Shown here: positions 34,745-44,200 of the stretch, piece after piece
Position numbering within the stretch: the first letter of the stretch is position 1
Layout: every line of letters starts with the position of its first letter
Virus record (IMG/VR): IMGVR_UViG_3300035703_000045
Span: 1 to 64,000 of that record
DNA from: a virus
Strand: one strand, 5' to 3'
Length of the DNA stretch: 64,000 nucleotides
Notes under the pieces: model-generated
Told to the model about the DNA's origin: nothing
The model's input: only the letters and a program-made list of their open reading frames with translations
The model's database searches: none
Position numbers and translations under genes: made by a program

Positions 34745-35199
34745 CCGTCATACATCCCTTTGGCAAGGCGGTTCTTGTGAGTTACGAAAGCAGATGCTGG
34801 GCAGTAGTGGCAAAGGTATTGGCGGTTTTCCTTGGGAACGCCAATCTTACGACCGATGGTCTTCTCTTCGTTCTCATAGTCAATGCACATACCCTTAGGG
34901 GCACCATGTCGTTGGAAGCACTTCAGGGCTTCAACCTTGAGATCGTCACGGAGTTCCCGTACCGCCCACTCGTTCTTCAGGAGTTCCTTCTGAACGGCTG
35001 TCTCATCACCAAGTTTCTCCCATGTGGCTTCGTCCACACGGAAGATAAGGGACTGATGGGAATCAGGGTTCTTATCCTGAGCCTGACCAAGGTGACGGTT
35101 GATCAGTTCCTGAAGTTCCATGTCGTAGTCAGGTGACCCTGTGTAGTCACGCATTTTGTACATGGTACCGCATGAACGGCAGGCTAGAAGTCTAGGCAT
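34741..35199 (-). CDS. Hypothetical Cys-containing phage protein
   Basis: RLLACRSC...KCFQRH...C...YLCHYCP. Confidence 0.7.
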   Translation of the reverse strand: MPRLLACRSCGTMYKMRDYTGSPDYDMELQELINRHLGQAQDKNPDSHQSLIFRVDEATWEKLGDETAVQKELLKNEWAVRELRDDLKVEALKCFQRHGAPKGMCIDYENEEKTIGRKIGVPKENRQYLCHYCPASAFVTHKNRLAKGMYDG

Positions 35200-35234
35200 G
35201 TTGTGCTCCTTGTAAGTGTTACGAATAGTCTAGA

Positions 35235-35432
35235 TCAGTTGTATGGTGCTGTTTGGATGACACCCATCTTCAGATCACTAATGTTGTACTGAGGCTGAAG
35301 AAGAGTGGCTCGCTCATGGATATTCTGCATGTCCACATCTCCACCACGATCAGGGGCAAGACTCTTAAAAGCACCATCGTCTACACCGAGGCGAAGGTCT
35401 TTATTCATTGAACGATATACATTTTTAGCCAT
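35235..35432 (-). CDS. Hypothetical protein
   Basis: TAAAGT -10 lies 6 nt before the ATG (leaderless). Confidence 0.55.
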   Translation of the reverse strand: MAKNVYRSMNKDLRLGVDDGAFKSLAPDRGGDVDMQNIHERATLLQPQYNISDLKMGVIQTAPYN

Positions 35433-35473
35433 ATCAATACTTTACCATATCTATGTCGGTCGTTTGGTAACGA

Positions 35474-36712
35474 CTATTTTCTGGGGAACCGACCTTTTGA
35501 ACGACGACGGTCAGCGAGGGACGGTCGTGGTGCAGGGGGTGCAGGGGGGATTAGTCCACCGCCTAGAGCCTGTGTGTTTGTCCCCTTGTCATATTGCTTG
35601 GGCTGGGGGAACGGGCTAGAAGGACCGGATGGTGGTTGGTTGGGGTTAGGAACGATTGGGAAAGAAGGGAATGACCCTCCTCCCCCTCCGGGGGCGGTAG
35701 GCATTTGTGAAGGGGAAGGTAGAGCAGGTGCTCCACCACTACCTTGACTGGCATATGCCTCGTCAAGGCTCTCAAGAAGTTTACGATTGGCATCAGAAAC
35801 ATTGGATGGTAATGCTCCCATGCTTCCTGCTTTACCGGTGGGTCCAAGCATCCCGTATGGAGAACCTTCAGGGGTTATTGAAGGATCGGTGACGGTGGGG
35901 ATCCTACTGCGTGTACCGGCAAACCTTTCGGCGTTGCGCTCATTGATAACGTCCTGAATGGTGCGACTACCTTCGGGGCGGTTTGCGTTGGCTTCTGCGG
36001 CGGCGGCTTGTGTCTCAAGGGTATTGAGACGACCCATAGCCATGCGATTAGAAGAAGTAACCGTGGGTTCAAGGACATTGGCAGGGTTGGTTCTGTCTCT
36101 AGTAACACTGGCTACCACATTGGGGAGGTTTCCCTGAACCCGTGATGCAATATCTTGTTGGCGCAACTGTGCTTGTGACTGTCGTGATTGTTCACGCATA
36201 CCAGCAAGGTTCTTATTGATTTCTATCGTTTCTTTAAGGTTGTCATATTGCTGACCAACCTGCGCCTGTTGTTTATCAAGGTCACTTAGGCGTTGAACAT
36301 CTGCACCGTACTGCTTGTTAAATTTGTAGTTACCGTACAACTTTTGTGCCAGAGGAATACCCTCTTTGGCAAGAGGTCCAATAGTGGACCCCATGCGACC
36401 TTCTTCTCCACCTTCTACAGGTGGTGTCCCAAAGTTCTGTGGGGCAGTGAGTTGGCGTGGAGCAGGAAGCCCACCACGAATTGGGGCACGGCGAACCATC
36501 TCGGACGTTGGGGCGTTGACAGGAAGACGGGTACGGGCTTCCGATGTTGGCAAGTTAACGCCACCGCCACCAACGTCATTGAAGTTGGGGCGACTTCCAC
36601 GAGCAAACTCGTTTTTGTACATGAACTGAAAGCGAGCATTATGGAGATCGCTAAGAAGGTCAAATGGGTCTTTGAATTGGAAGGAACTCATTCCCCCTTG
36701 TGGTTGAGCCAT
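35474..36712 (-). CDS. Pro/Gly-rich, largely disordered hypothetical protein
   Basis: 412-aa low-complexity ORF. Confidence 0.65.
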   Translation of the reverse strand: MAQPQGGMSSFQFKDPFDLLSDLHNARFQFMYKNEFARGSRPNFNDVGGGGVNLPTSEARTRLPVNAPTSEMVRRAPIRGGLPAPRQLTAPQNFGTPPVEGGEEGRMGSTIGPLAKEGIPLAQKLYGNYKFNKQYGADVQRLSDLDKQQAQVGQQYDNLKETIEINKNLAGMREQSRQSQAQLRQQDIASRVQGNLPNVVASVTRDRTNPANVLEPTVTSSNRMAMGRLNTLETQAAAAEANANRPEGSRTIQDVINERNAERFAGTRSRIPTVTDPSITPEGSPYGMLGPTGKAGSMGALPSNVSDANRKLLESLDEAYASQGSGGAPALPSPSQMPTAPGGGGGSFPSFPIVPNPNQPPSGPSSPFPQPKQYDKGTNTQALGGGLIPPAPPAPRPSLADRRRSKGRFPRK

Positions 36713-37008
36713 TATGCACCTCCCAGACTGTTCATGGAGTACCGACCGGAGCCGGAGAACTCACCTTGATTGAAGTAATTTTGCATGACGGGCATACCGG
36801 ATACCCACGACCTATATGATACCCCATAGCGAGACATATTAAAGATGCTGTCCAAGGTTGGTTCCTGTTTGATCATCCCTCTGGATTGGGGAAACAACTG
36901 TTGTGGAACAGCAGGGCGAATTTGACGTATGGTCTCAGGGTCACTGATAGCGGTCTCAAGGGCGATATCAACCAACATCTCCTGACGGGATTGCCATGGT
37001 TTAGCCAT
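36712..37008 (-). CDS. Hypothetical protein
   Basis: MAKPWQS...; coupled to the downstream gene. Confidence 0.6.
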   Translation of the reverse strand: MAKPWQSRQEMLVDIALETAISDPETIRQIRPAVPQQLFPQSRGMIKQEPTLDSIFNMSRYGVSYRSWVSGMPVMQNYFNQGEFSGSGRYSMNSLGGA

Positions 37009-37165
37009 TGTCGCCATCCTTCGGGTTGGTTGTTAGATCGTAAAAGTTAGAAGCGTCCTTGTATCGGAAGAACCGTGCAGGGTGATCATCCATAGAGAGA
37101 GGGTAGGGGTGACCTTGCGGAGTTCCATCTTCGCTAATCAGCCTCAAGTCAGGCTTGATAGGCAT
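37001..37165 (-). CDS. Small hypothetical protein (54 aa)
   Basis: Read manually: MPIKPDLRLISEDGTPQGHPYPLSMDDHPARFFRYKDASNFYDLTTNPKDGDNG; fills the gap. Confidence 0.45.
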   Translation of the reverse strand: MPIKPDLRLISEDGTPQGHPYPLSMDDHPARFFRYKDASNFYDLTTNPKDGDNG

Positions 37166-37166
37166 A

Positions 37167-37487
37167 TCAGTTCTTCTTAGTTTTGATAACCGGTCGCTTC
37201 ATACCCATGGGAGGGGCTGGATCTGGTTCTGTGTACGGAGTACCACCAACTGCTGTGGAGTCCATAGCCTCTGCTCCTCGGGTGACACTGCCACCGTAAA
37301 CCATCCCTTTTATTCCCTCAGCAATGGTTTTACCCATGCGACTTACTTGATTGCTGACAGGGAGGCGAGGTCGTACCATACCTTGTGGGTTGGCATTATC
37401 GGATGACTCCATCCGTGCCCTCAGCGATAATGATGGTCTGTCCACTTTACGAGACGGATGGTTTGATGAGTCTTGACCTTTAGCCAT
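37167..37487 (-). CDS. Hypothetical protein with MAKGQDS...PSRKV N-terminus
   Basis: Shares its N-terminal 15-mer pattern with 37723-38157. Confidence 0.6.
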   Translation of the reverse strand: MAKGQDSSNHPSRKVDRPSLSLRARMESSDNANPQGMVRPRLPVSNQVSRMGKTIAEGIKGMVYGGSVTRGAEAMDSTAVGGTPYTEPDPAPPMGMKRPVIKTKKN

Positions 37488-37489
37488 GT

Positions 37490-37717
37490 TCAGTCTCGCA
37501 GTGTGGGTCCGGGTTGACGCAAGTAACCTTGGTTGCCCTTCATAGATTGGTCAGTAATACCCTTTTCCCACTTTTGGCTGGTGCTCATACCACCCTGATC
37601 TGACATAGACCATTCAAGATCACGGGGAGATTTAACTTGAAATGGGTTGCTGGAAGATTGGGTCAACTCTTGGGGCTGTAGGGGTTGAGCAAACTGTGGT
37701 CCACTGGGGGAGGGCAT
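37490..37717 (-). CDS. Hypothetical protein (N-terminal SGPQF)
   Basis: Packed ORF. Confidence 0.55.
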   Translation of the reverse strand: MPSPSGPQFAQPLQPQELTQSSSNPFQVKSPRDLEWSMSDQGGMSTSQKWEKGITDQSMKGNQGYLRQPGPTLRD

Positions 37718-37722
37718 GGTTA

Positions 37723-38157
37723 TCAGTCATCCAGTTGTGAGTTATGGGGACGAAGAGTCCAATGCATTGATTGACCGGAATCTGCACGAATACCGTTTGG
37801 AGCCATCCTGCCCTCGGCTACCCACTTTGCACCTGCACTTGGGTTGTTAGGGTTCGTGCCAAAGAATTTGTTGAAATGGTGGGCTGACCCAGAGTCCATA
37901 TAGGGGTGTTTGAAAGGAATGGAATGACTATCGGTGGCTCCTCCACCAGTGGATTCAGCCGTAAAATGGATGTTTCCGTCACCTTTAGCACCTGTGAACC
38001 CAGCAATACTTCCGCTGAACTTAGCGGTGCTATGACCGGTTACCCATTGCTTGGGTACTCCCATGCGTGTTGCCCACTCAGTATGCATCTTGTCCATATG
38101 CGCTTCGTGGGTTACTTTACGACTTGGGTCTAATCCTGAGTCTTGACCTTTAGCCAT
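37723..38157 (-). CDS. Hypothetical protein with MAKGQDS...PSRKV N-terminus
   Basis: AGGA RBS; shared leader peptide. Confidence 0.6.
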   Translation of the reverse strand: MAKGQDSGLDPSRKVTHEAHMDKMHTEWATRMGVPKQWVTGHSTAKFSGSIAGFTGAKGDGNIHFTAESTGGGATDSHSIPFKHPYMDSGSAHHFNKFFGTNPNNPSAGAKWVAEGRMAPNGIRADSGQSMHWTLRPHNSQLDD

Positions 38158-38190
38158 GTTACTTTCCTACTTTCGTAATTAAAATCTTAA

Positions 38191-38565
38191 TCAATCAGCG
38201 AAATGATTTCCCAAGAGAGATTTTCCAAGGCTGTTTAATTGAGGTTTTCCACTCGGTGCTTTTGCTGGTTTTGAAATACTATTTAGTTTCTTACCAGCAT
38301 CTTCGTGGGCTTGAGAACGCTCACCAAAGGGACTAGCGAAAGATGATACGTCTGTTCCAGAGATACCAGTCCACATATTCCGTTGCCCTGCCATATCCGC
38401 ACGAATTGCACCAAGGTTCTTTCGTACCTGACGACCAGTCAAGTTGTAAGCGTTCTTACCGTGCAACATTTCAGCGGCTGTTGGTGTTTTAGAATCGCCA
38501 CCGTGAGGGGAATCTCCACGCTTTCCGTAAGAACTGGATGAGGGTTTACGCTTAAATAGAGCCAT
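38191..38565 (-). CDS. Hypothetical basic protein
   Basis: GAGG RBS before MALFKRK. Confidence 0.55.
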   Translation of the reverse strand: MALFKRKPSSSSYGKRGDSPHGGDSKTPTAAEMLHGKNAYNLTGRQVRKNLGAIRADMAGQRNMWTGISGTDVSSFASPFGERSQAHEDAGKKLNSISKPAKAPSGKPQLNSLGKSLLGNHFAD

Positions 38566-38566
38566 G

Positions 38567-38731
38567 TCATTTTCCTCGCTTTTTAATGGAAGAGTTCGCA
38601 ATACGGACAGCCTTTGCATCGTCCCCTGTAGATTGTAGCACTTTATTGGCTACCTTTGCCCATTGCTTTTTCTCAGCAGGTGTATCGGCTTTTTTAGTCT
38701 TTTTACTGGCATCTTTAGGTTTCCAAGGCAT
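38567..38731 (-). CDS. Small basic ChaB-like phage protein (54 aa)
   Basis: Read manually: MPWKPKDASKKTKKADTPAEKKQWAKVANKVLQSTGDDAKAVRIANSSIKKRGK. Confidence 0.55.
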   Translation of the reverse strand: MPWKPKDASKKTKKADTPAEKKQWAKVANKVLQSTGDDAKAVRIANSSIKKRGK

Positions 38732-38733
38732 AT

Positions 38734-39243
38734 TTATCTCCACGGTGGTGTTAGTGATTTCAGCATTGACCTACGCTGTAAATCAATCACTTCTTGGTCA
38801 GGGCGGGACAGCCCACGGGGGATACCTCGTGGTCCAACCTTTCCGTCATTTGTCAAACGTACTGGTTCAGCACCAACGGGGGCATACTTCTTTCCCTTGG
38901 ACTCCATTTGGAGACCGGTATATAGGTTGAATTCAGCAGGCCAGATGTAATCGCCAGCGTTGATTCTCTCACCCTTGTGAACACCTCTTGAGTAAGAACG
39001 TGTGTTCGTACGCATGACTGCTTTAGTCAACTTGTCATCACGGCGGTTGCTGGACATTGTGCCCAGATACCCATCGGGGTATTGAACGTCAGGGGAGGCT
39101 CCCCAAGAGGCTAGTTGAGCATCCTTGGCTGTGCGGAATACCGGACTGGGTCCGATGGCTGGCTGTGTTTCGGGGGTATACGGATCATAACCACCGCTCC
39201 AGTTATTGAAGGTCTGCTGGTTACCACTAGCCACGACCGTCAC
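38734..39243 (-). CDS. Hypothetical phage protein
   Basis: YPDGYLGT...RRDDKL...YSRGVHKGERI...YIWP. Confidence 0.7.
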   Translation of the reverse strand: MTVVASGNQQTFNNWSGGYDPYTPETQPAIGPSPVFRTAKDAQLASWGASPDVQYPDGYLGTMSSNRRDDKLTKAVMRTNTRSYSRGVHKGERINAGDYIWPAEFNLYTGLQMESKGKKYAPVGAEPVRLTNDGKVGPRGIPRGLSRPDQEVIDLQRRSMLKSLTPPWR

Positions 39244-39523
39244 CTGTGCCCATACCAGTCAGAGTAGTACCTGCTCTACCGCCTCCATATGCTGATATGG
39301 GGCGTGGCGATACCTGCTTCTTACCTTTAACTTTATCCGACTTGACAGTCTTGTCAAGTTTCTTAGTAGATTTCTTTTTTGAAGCCATGCTTTTGATGCT
39401 TACCTTTACGGATGTCTTTGACTTCCTTAATTATCTCTTTTTCAAGTAGATCGTCGTATTCATCATCAAAGTCATCCCCGTATTGGTTAGCCATTTTACG
39501 GAGATCTTCTTTTTTAAGGTTTC

Positions 39524-40816
39524 TCATAGTTCAACGATTGGGTATCCTGCCATTGGGGTTTTGTCCAAGATCCGGTCATGGGTCTCAAGCGGATTATTGA
39601 TGTTGCGTGAGATGATGACGTTACGTCGTTGGTGGTCTTCTAACGGAGAAATGCGACCGTCTGGCAATTGGACTCCCAGACGTTGTCCAACATCTAGACG
39701 TGTGTTTATAGAAGGGGTTAGTCTGTAGCGATTTAGTCGCTTCTCGTTGTATTTGTCAAGTTCTTCTTGTTCTGCTTTTCGTGCCGCTAGACGTGCAAGG
39801 TTGGCTTGCTTTTCTTCTGGTGTGTCTTCTTTCATCACGGGTGGTGCTTCCTCTACTCTAGGTGGTGTATCAAAGTATGGCATAGGTGCCTTACTAACTT
39901 TAGGTGCTGGCTTTGGAGCAAGTTCTCTCTCTAATTGCAATCTTATTGCTTCTTTGTAGGATTCGGGTGTATGTATTGAAGGATCATACACGATACCCGG
40001 TACATGTTTGACATCAACAGACTTCGGAGTTTTTGGAGTACTTTGAACCGTACGTTCGGCACTTCGTTTTTCAAATTCCTTTTCTGCTTTAACTGTTTTT
40101 TCGCTAGGCGGGATTGCTTCTCCAGCCGACCGAGCCGCACGTTCTCTATCCATAGTAGGGGTGACATTAAGGGACTCGTTATCAATTGTAGGTCGTGTCT
40201 TTTTGTTTTTGAGGCGGTCAGCCAAGGAATCACTAACCAAGGAATCAGTAATAGAAGTCATAGGGGTACGCCCATGAACCATCATTTTACTCATTAGATC
40301 ATGGAGAGTACTGGCTTCGTCAAAGAGACGGGCTTCTTCACCAGTAAATATGCGTTGACCCTCTGCTGAACGATCAGCCTCTTGTGCAAGAAAACGTGTT
40401 GCCTCGTTGGTAGTCTTTCCTTCTGATGTTATCCGCATGGTTTGCCCAACAGGAAATCCGAAATACTGAGAAGTATTACGAATGTGTTTAAGGGCATCTC
40501 CAACAGTTCTAAATCCTGTTAAACCAAACTCTGCTAAAGCATCAGCGACATGTGGTTGTATAGGTGTTGTGCTGGTTGTGGGATGAATAGTTGTCATGTC
40601 TCCCATTGCCCACCGCTGGGATAATGTTGGTGCAGGATCGGGAAGTTTGATACTGGCACCAATGTCTCCGGCGAGGTTTGTGAAGGCTTTAGTTTGATTT
40701 CCAAGAAGGACATTTCTTGCCTTCTCTTGCTTCCAGTTGTGCTGTTCGTCAGGGTGCCACGAATCAAACCCTTCAGGGAACGGTTCTCCGTAGGCTGATA
40801 TTGGATCAATAGACAT
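39524..40816 (-). CDS. Hypothetical protein
   Basis: 430-aa ORF. Confidence 0.7.
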   Translation of the reverse strand: MSIDPISAYGEPFPEGFDSWHPDEQHNWKQEKARNVLLGNQTKAFTNLAGDIGASIKLPDPAPTLSQRWAMGDMTTIHPTTSTTPIQPHVADALAEFGLTGFRTVGDALKHIRNTSQYFGFPVGQTMRITSEGKTTNEATRFLAQEADRSAEGQRIFTGEEARLFDEASTLHDLMSKMMVHGRTPMTSITDSLVSDSLADRLKNKKTRPTIDNESLNVTPTMDRERAARSAGEAIPPSEKTVKAEKEFEKRSAERTVQSTPKTPKSVDVKHVPGIVYDPSIHTPESYKEAIRLQLERELAPKPAPKVSKAPMPYFDTPPRVEEAPPVMKEDTPEEKQANLARLAARKAEQEELDKYNEKRLNRYRLTPSINTRLDVGQRLGVQLPDGRISPLEDHQRRNVIISRNINNPLETHDRILDKTPMAGYPIVEL

Positions 40817-40873
40817 ATATCAAACACTTCCCATAGTAAGCATACGTCAATGATACCATCTACTCGTTAGTAT

Positions 40874-41155
40874 TTACCGAGGTACTGGCTTGAAGGATAT
40901 GGCAGAAATGGTATCTCCATTCTCTCCTTCAATATCATCAAATCCGATTACAAAGCAAAGGTCAACACCACGGGGGGCGACGAAACCACGGGCAATAGCA
41001 CAAGCCTTAACGGCTTGGTTAACGGCACTTGCTCCGATGGCTCGCATCTTTGGTGACTGACCGGCGATAACCGAACGGGCGACAATAGACCCTACTGACT
41101 GAGGGTTGCTACTTCCCGATACCTTGACGACATCGTCTACTGAATCTTGTGACAT
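40874..41155 (-). CDS. spoVS: Stage V sporulation protein S family
   Basis: VKVSGSSNPQSV...RAIGASAVNQAVKACAIARGFVAPRGVDL...F..I. Confidence 0.9.
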   Translation of the reverse strand: MSQDSVDDVVKVSGSSNPQSVGSIVARSVIAGQSPKMRAIGASAVNQAVKACAIARGFVAPRGVDLCFVIGFDDIEGENGDTISAISFKPVPR

Positions 41156-41197
41156 AGTGTACTCCATAAGTTAAAGGTTGTTTCCAACCCTTAAATT

Positions 41198-41563
41198 TTA
41201 AGAGTACCCACCCTCAGATAACAGGGTGACAAAGTCATCTAAGCGCATAACAACGTAAGTATCACCCAATGCTTTTTCACCTTTACCAGCACGTTTAACA
41301 ACTAAAGCAGGTAAAGACTTACCGAGACGGGCGGCTTGTTCAACTGTGGCATCCAGCCACCCGCTGAGATCAAACTTTCTTTGGTTCTTGCATTGGATTG
41401 CTAGGTGGCGTTCTGCACAGAAGTTGAGAATACCGTTGATATCCCCAGTGTCACCGCTCCCCTTTAAGGTGGTTCTTGATGCCTTTACGAAACCCTTACT
41501 GTGTAAGTAGTTAACAATAAGTGTCTCAAAGGCGGTACCCTTTTGTTTTGCTCTGTTTGCCAT
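41198..41563 (-). CDS. Holliday junction resolvase (Hjc-like PD-(D/E)xK)
   Basis: KQKGTAFE...GDTGDI...IQCKN...W. Confidence 0.8.
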   Translation of the reverse strand: MANRAKQKGTAFETLIVNYLHSKGFVKASRTTLKGSGDTGDINGILNFCAERHLAIQCKNQRKFDLSGWLDATVEQAARLGKSLPALVVKRAGKGEKALGDTYVVMRLDDFVTLLSEGGYS

Positions 41564-41564
41564 A

Positions 41565-41780
41565 TCAAACCTCTTTACTTACGATGATACTAATGCCAGT
41601 ATCAGTAAGTATGGGGTGCATATTAGATGTGAATAATTCACATGAAAGGATACACTCCTGTAAGGGGGTGTCATCCCGTATACCTAATTCTTCAAGTCGG
41701 TGCAACCACAGACGAACGTCATTAACCGTCTTACCGTTTTCAAGGGAGACCCAGATACTAGCGGTGTTAAGAATTGTCAT
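41565..41780 (-). CDS. Hypothetical protein
   Basis: Packed ORF. Confidence 0.45.
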   Translation of the reverse strand: MTILNTASIWVSLENGKTVNDVRLWLHRLEELGIRDDTPLQECILSCELFTSNMHPILTDTGISIIVSKEV

Positions 41781-41932
41781 GTTCAATAACAGCCTTTGTT
41801 AGGGAGTCTATTGACTCTTTAATACCAATAAGAACATTCTTTATATCACGAAGGATATCGTTCTGTGTGAAGGCGGCGTTTTGCATGGAACGCTGTCGTA
41901 GATCTTCGTTGAGTTCACGAATGCTCGTCATG

Positions 41933-42109
41933 TTATTCCTTTGTCTGTTGCTCAAACAATGCTGAACGCAAGCGAATGCGGTCTATCAGGGTATCCACAC
42001 GGTTCGGGGCTGGTGGATTCAATGCCTCCAGAATTGCTTGGCTTACGGCGGTGTCCCATTTGTATTGAATGCTCTCAAAGACTCGCCAGTCATTTAAGTT
42101 GTTAAGCAC
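41933..42109 (-). CDS. Small hypothetical protein (58 aa)
   Basis: Read manually from the GTG at 42109: MLNNLNDWRVFESIQYKWDTAVSQ...FEQQTKE. Confidence 0.4.
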   Translation of the reverse strand: MLNNLNDWRVFESIQYKWDTAVSQAILEALNPPAPNRVDTLIDRIRLRSALFEQQTKE

Positions 42110-42610
42110 TTATGCTCCAAATCGTTGGGTACGTTGTTCTTTACTATGTAGACCGATACGACGGCTGAGTTCACGAGACAGCAACTGCGAACTACGCTCG
42201 CACGATTCAAACATTGCCTCTACGAGTTTTCTATAGGCACGGGCAACTCGGTAACGCTCCTGCTGGTCAACGACCTCAGGGGTCACATCCCTCTTTGCTT
42301 TAGCGATAGTTACACGATCACCTTTGGAATCAGCACCCCATTGTTTGATTAGGGTTTGGGCTTCTGTAACACGGCACAGGTTTGATTCCCGATCCTCGTC
42401 AATCTCAGCCTTGACCAGTTGCGCTTTCATGTAGGAAACCCATGACATGAACTGAGTGTACAAGTCCATCAAGCCACTGTCGCTAAGGTCGTCTAGATGA
42501 TCAGGGATATCCGGTGGGTAGTCATCTGGGCGTACGGGAAGGGCAAACGACTTGTTAAACTTCGCAATAGCAGGATCTTCCGAACCATCTCGGGGAATGA
42601 CACGACTCAT
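42110..42610 (-). CDS. Helical hypothetical protein in the recombination cluster
   Basis: Coiled ORF ending LLSRELSRR; ATGA overlap with the exonuclease. Confidence 0.65.
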   Translation of the reverse strand: MSRVIPRDGSEDPAIAKFNKSFALPVRPDDYPPDIPDHLDDLSDSGLMDLYTQFMSWVSYMKAQLVKAEIDEDRESNLCRVTEAQTLIKQWGADSKGDRVTIAKAKRDVTPEVVDQQERYRVARAYRKLVEAMFESCERSSQLLSRELSRRIGLHSKEQRTQRFGA

Positions 42611-43482
42611 GCCCAGCACACTTTCTTGTAAGGACAGTACTTACAACCATTTGCTGTGGACGTGGTAGCCCATTGAGGGCGATCAGGAACGATATCCATA
42701 TCAAGGTGCTCTATTACCGACTTGCAACCATCAAGTACCGGCTGAATCAGTTCTTGTTGAAACTCAACGGTGAACTCTTTGACCTCTTGGGTTGGCTTCC
42801 ACTCATACACAAACACGATTGTGTGGATACCTGTGCACAACATGTACAAACTACCCTGACGGATGTGGGAGGCAAAGGGCTTCTTTATGTTTTTGAACAA
42901 GTCCTCAAACTTGACCTCACCTGATGTGTAGGCATTGAACAGTGTTGGATTCTCCCAACGAAGGGAACCCAAACCAACGCTCTTTATTTCAAGTAGGGCT
43001 TTTCCTTGAGCGTCTTGTATCTCCCCATCGGCGTGTCCAATGATCCGATATTCATCGCTGTGTATAGGGACTTCACGATATACAACGTCAAGATAACCGC
43101 ACCCGTGGCAACTATCAGGAGACACTGCATACCAACGATCACCGCATCCCATACATTCCCACGAACCTGCGAGGACACCGGCTTCTCGGAGCCACCCTTG
43201 CCACTTTTCGTGAATCGCATGACCCTCCTCAAAGATATTCAGGCGACCAAACGACATTGAGTCTTCAGTACCTTCGTACCCTTTTATTTTATACCAAGAT
43301 GAACGTGGACACCAGTCCTTCTTAGAGATCTCCGAAGGATGAAGATGCTTAGTGTCACGATGTGAGTTACGGTCAGCGGTCTTGTTTGCTAGAACCTGAG
43401 AAACAACAGGGAGTAGCCGACCTTTTGACTTCAAGGAGTCCTTAAAGTTCTGCTTATACCATTCTGTCGTGGGGTTACTCAT
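42607..43482 (-). CDS. Cas4/AddB-like PD-(D/E)xK exonuclease
   Basis: HPSE...CPR, GHAIH, GHADG...LEIKS, QxxxY, CKYCPYKKVC Fe-S cluster. Confidence 0.88.
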   Translation of the reverse strand: MSNPTTEWYKQNFKDSLKSKGRLLPVVSQVLANKTADRNSHRDTKHLHPSEISKKDWCPRSSWYKIKGYEGTEDSMSFGRLNIFEEGHAIHEKWQGWLREAGVLAGSWECMGCGDRWYAVSPDSCHGCGYLDVVYREVPIHSDEYRIIGHADGEIQDAQGKALLEIKSVGLGSLRWENPTLFNAYTSGEVKFEDLFKNIKKPFASHIRQGSLYMLCTGIHTIVFVYEWKPTQEVKEFTVEFQQELIQPVLDGCKSVIEHLDMDIVPDRPQWATTSTANGCKYCPYKKVCWA

Positions 43483-43862
43483 TCAAACTTCCATAACTGA
43501 TCAGGGCAGAAATTGAGAACTGCGGAGGCAGTCAATGCGATAAGCATCTTCTGAGTGTAGTAGTCAGTTGCAGACTGGTCTAGTGCGGTGGCAACATCCC
43601 ACGCCTGAGCACCGTTACGAAGTGAGTCGCACACAAGGTAGCCGGTCTCAAGGAGGTCACGGTCACTCACACCTGTGTTACCAACCTCATTCTGAATGTC
43701 GTAGAGGAACTCGTCCTCAGCAGTCCATGAGGCAATTGGTGCGTCGGTGGTCTTGACAACCTTGGTAGTTGTGTCAGGAGCCTCTGTTGCGGTGATGTAC
43801 ACAGTCTCGGTACCACCACACGCTGTTAACAGCAGTGCTCCAATTAGTAGTGTCTTCTTCAT
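43479..43862 (-). CDS. DUF732-like lipoprotein
   Basis: Lipobox LTAC; EDEFL...GYLVCDSLRNG...AVLNFCP. Confidence 0.75.
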   Translation of the reverse strand: MKKTLLIGALLLTACGGTETVYITATEAPDTTTKVVKTTDAPIASWTAEDEFLYDIQNEVGNTGVSDRDLLETGYLVCDSLRNGAQAWDVATALDQSATDYYTQKMLIALTASAVLNFCPDQLWKFE

Positions 43863-44200
43863 GGTTCCCCAATCATTAGTTGAAAGTCTTCTTCGGTTAG
43901 TACTACATAGTGATGACCTGCAAGATCAAACTGTAGTACGGGTATCCGATCTTGAAGAATCGCACGTTCGTTCAATTCTTTTAAATCGTTGTACTTGAGC
44001 GTATAGGACTTTGTGTTGGTCGTCAACTTGTTTTCAATTAAGAAGTCATGAGACCGTACATCATTTTTACGCAACCAACCAGAACCCGATCCAGCGTTAC
44101 GGCTTCCCTTGTAAATCTTTGCTGACCGTTCCTCCTGCTTTCGGGAGGCTTTCATGATTGAACGGTGCTTGTCCTTTGGGTCTTCCCGACCAAAGATCAT
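43859..44200 (-). CDS. Small PD-(D/E)xK nuclease (resolvase-like)
   Basis: KQE...GSGSGW..KNDV...LIENK.T. Confidence 0.7.
   Translation of the reverse strand: MIFGREDPKDKHRSIMKASRKQEERSAKIYKGSRNAGSGSGWLRKNDVRSHDFLIENKLTTNTKSYTLKYNDLKELNERAILQDRIPVLQFDLAGHHYVVLTEEDFQLMIGEP

Noticed and set aside
42607-43482. Cas4-like gene as evidence of a CRISPR-Cas system
   Set aside because: No repeat-spacer array or other cas genes; it sits with RecA and resolvases as a normal phage recombination exonuclease.
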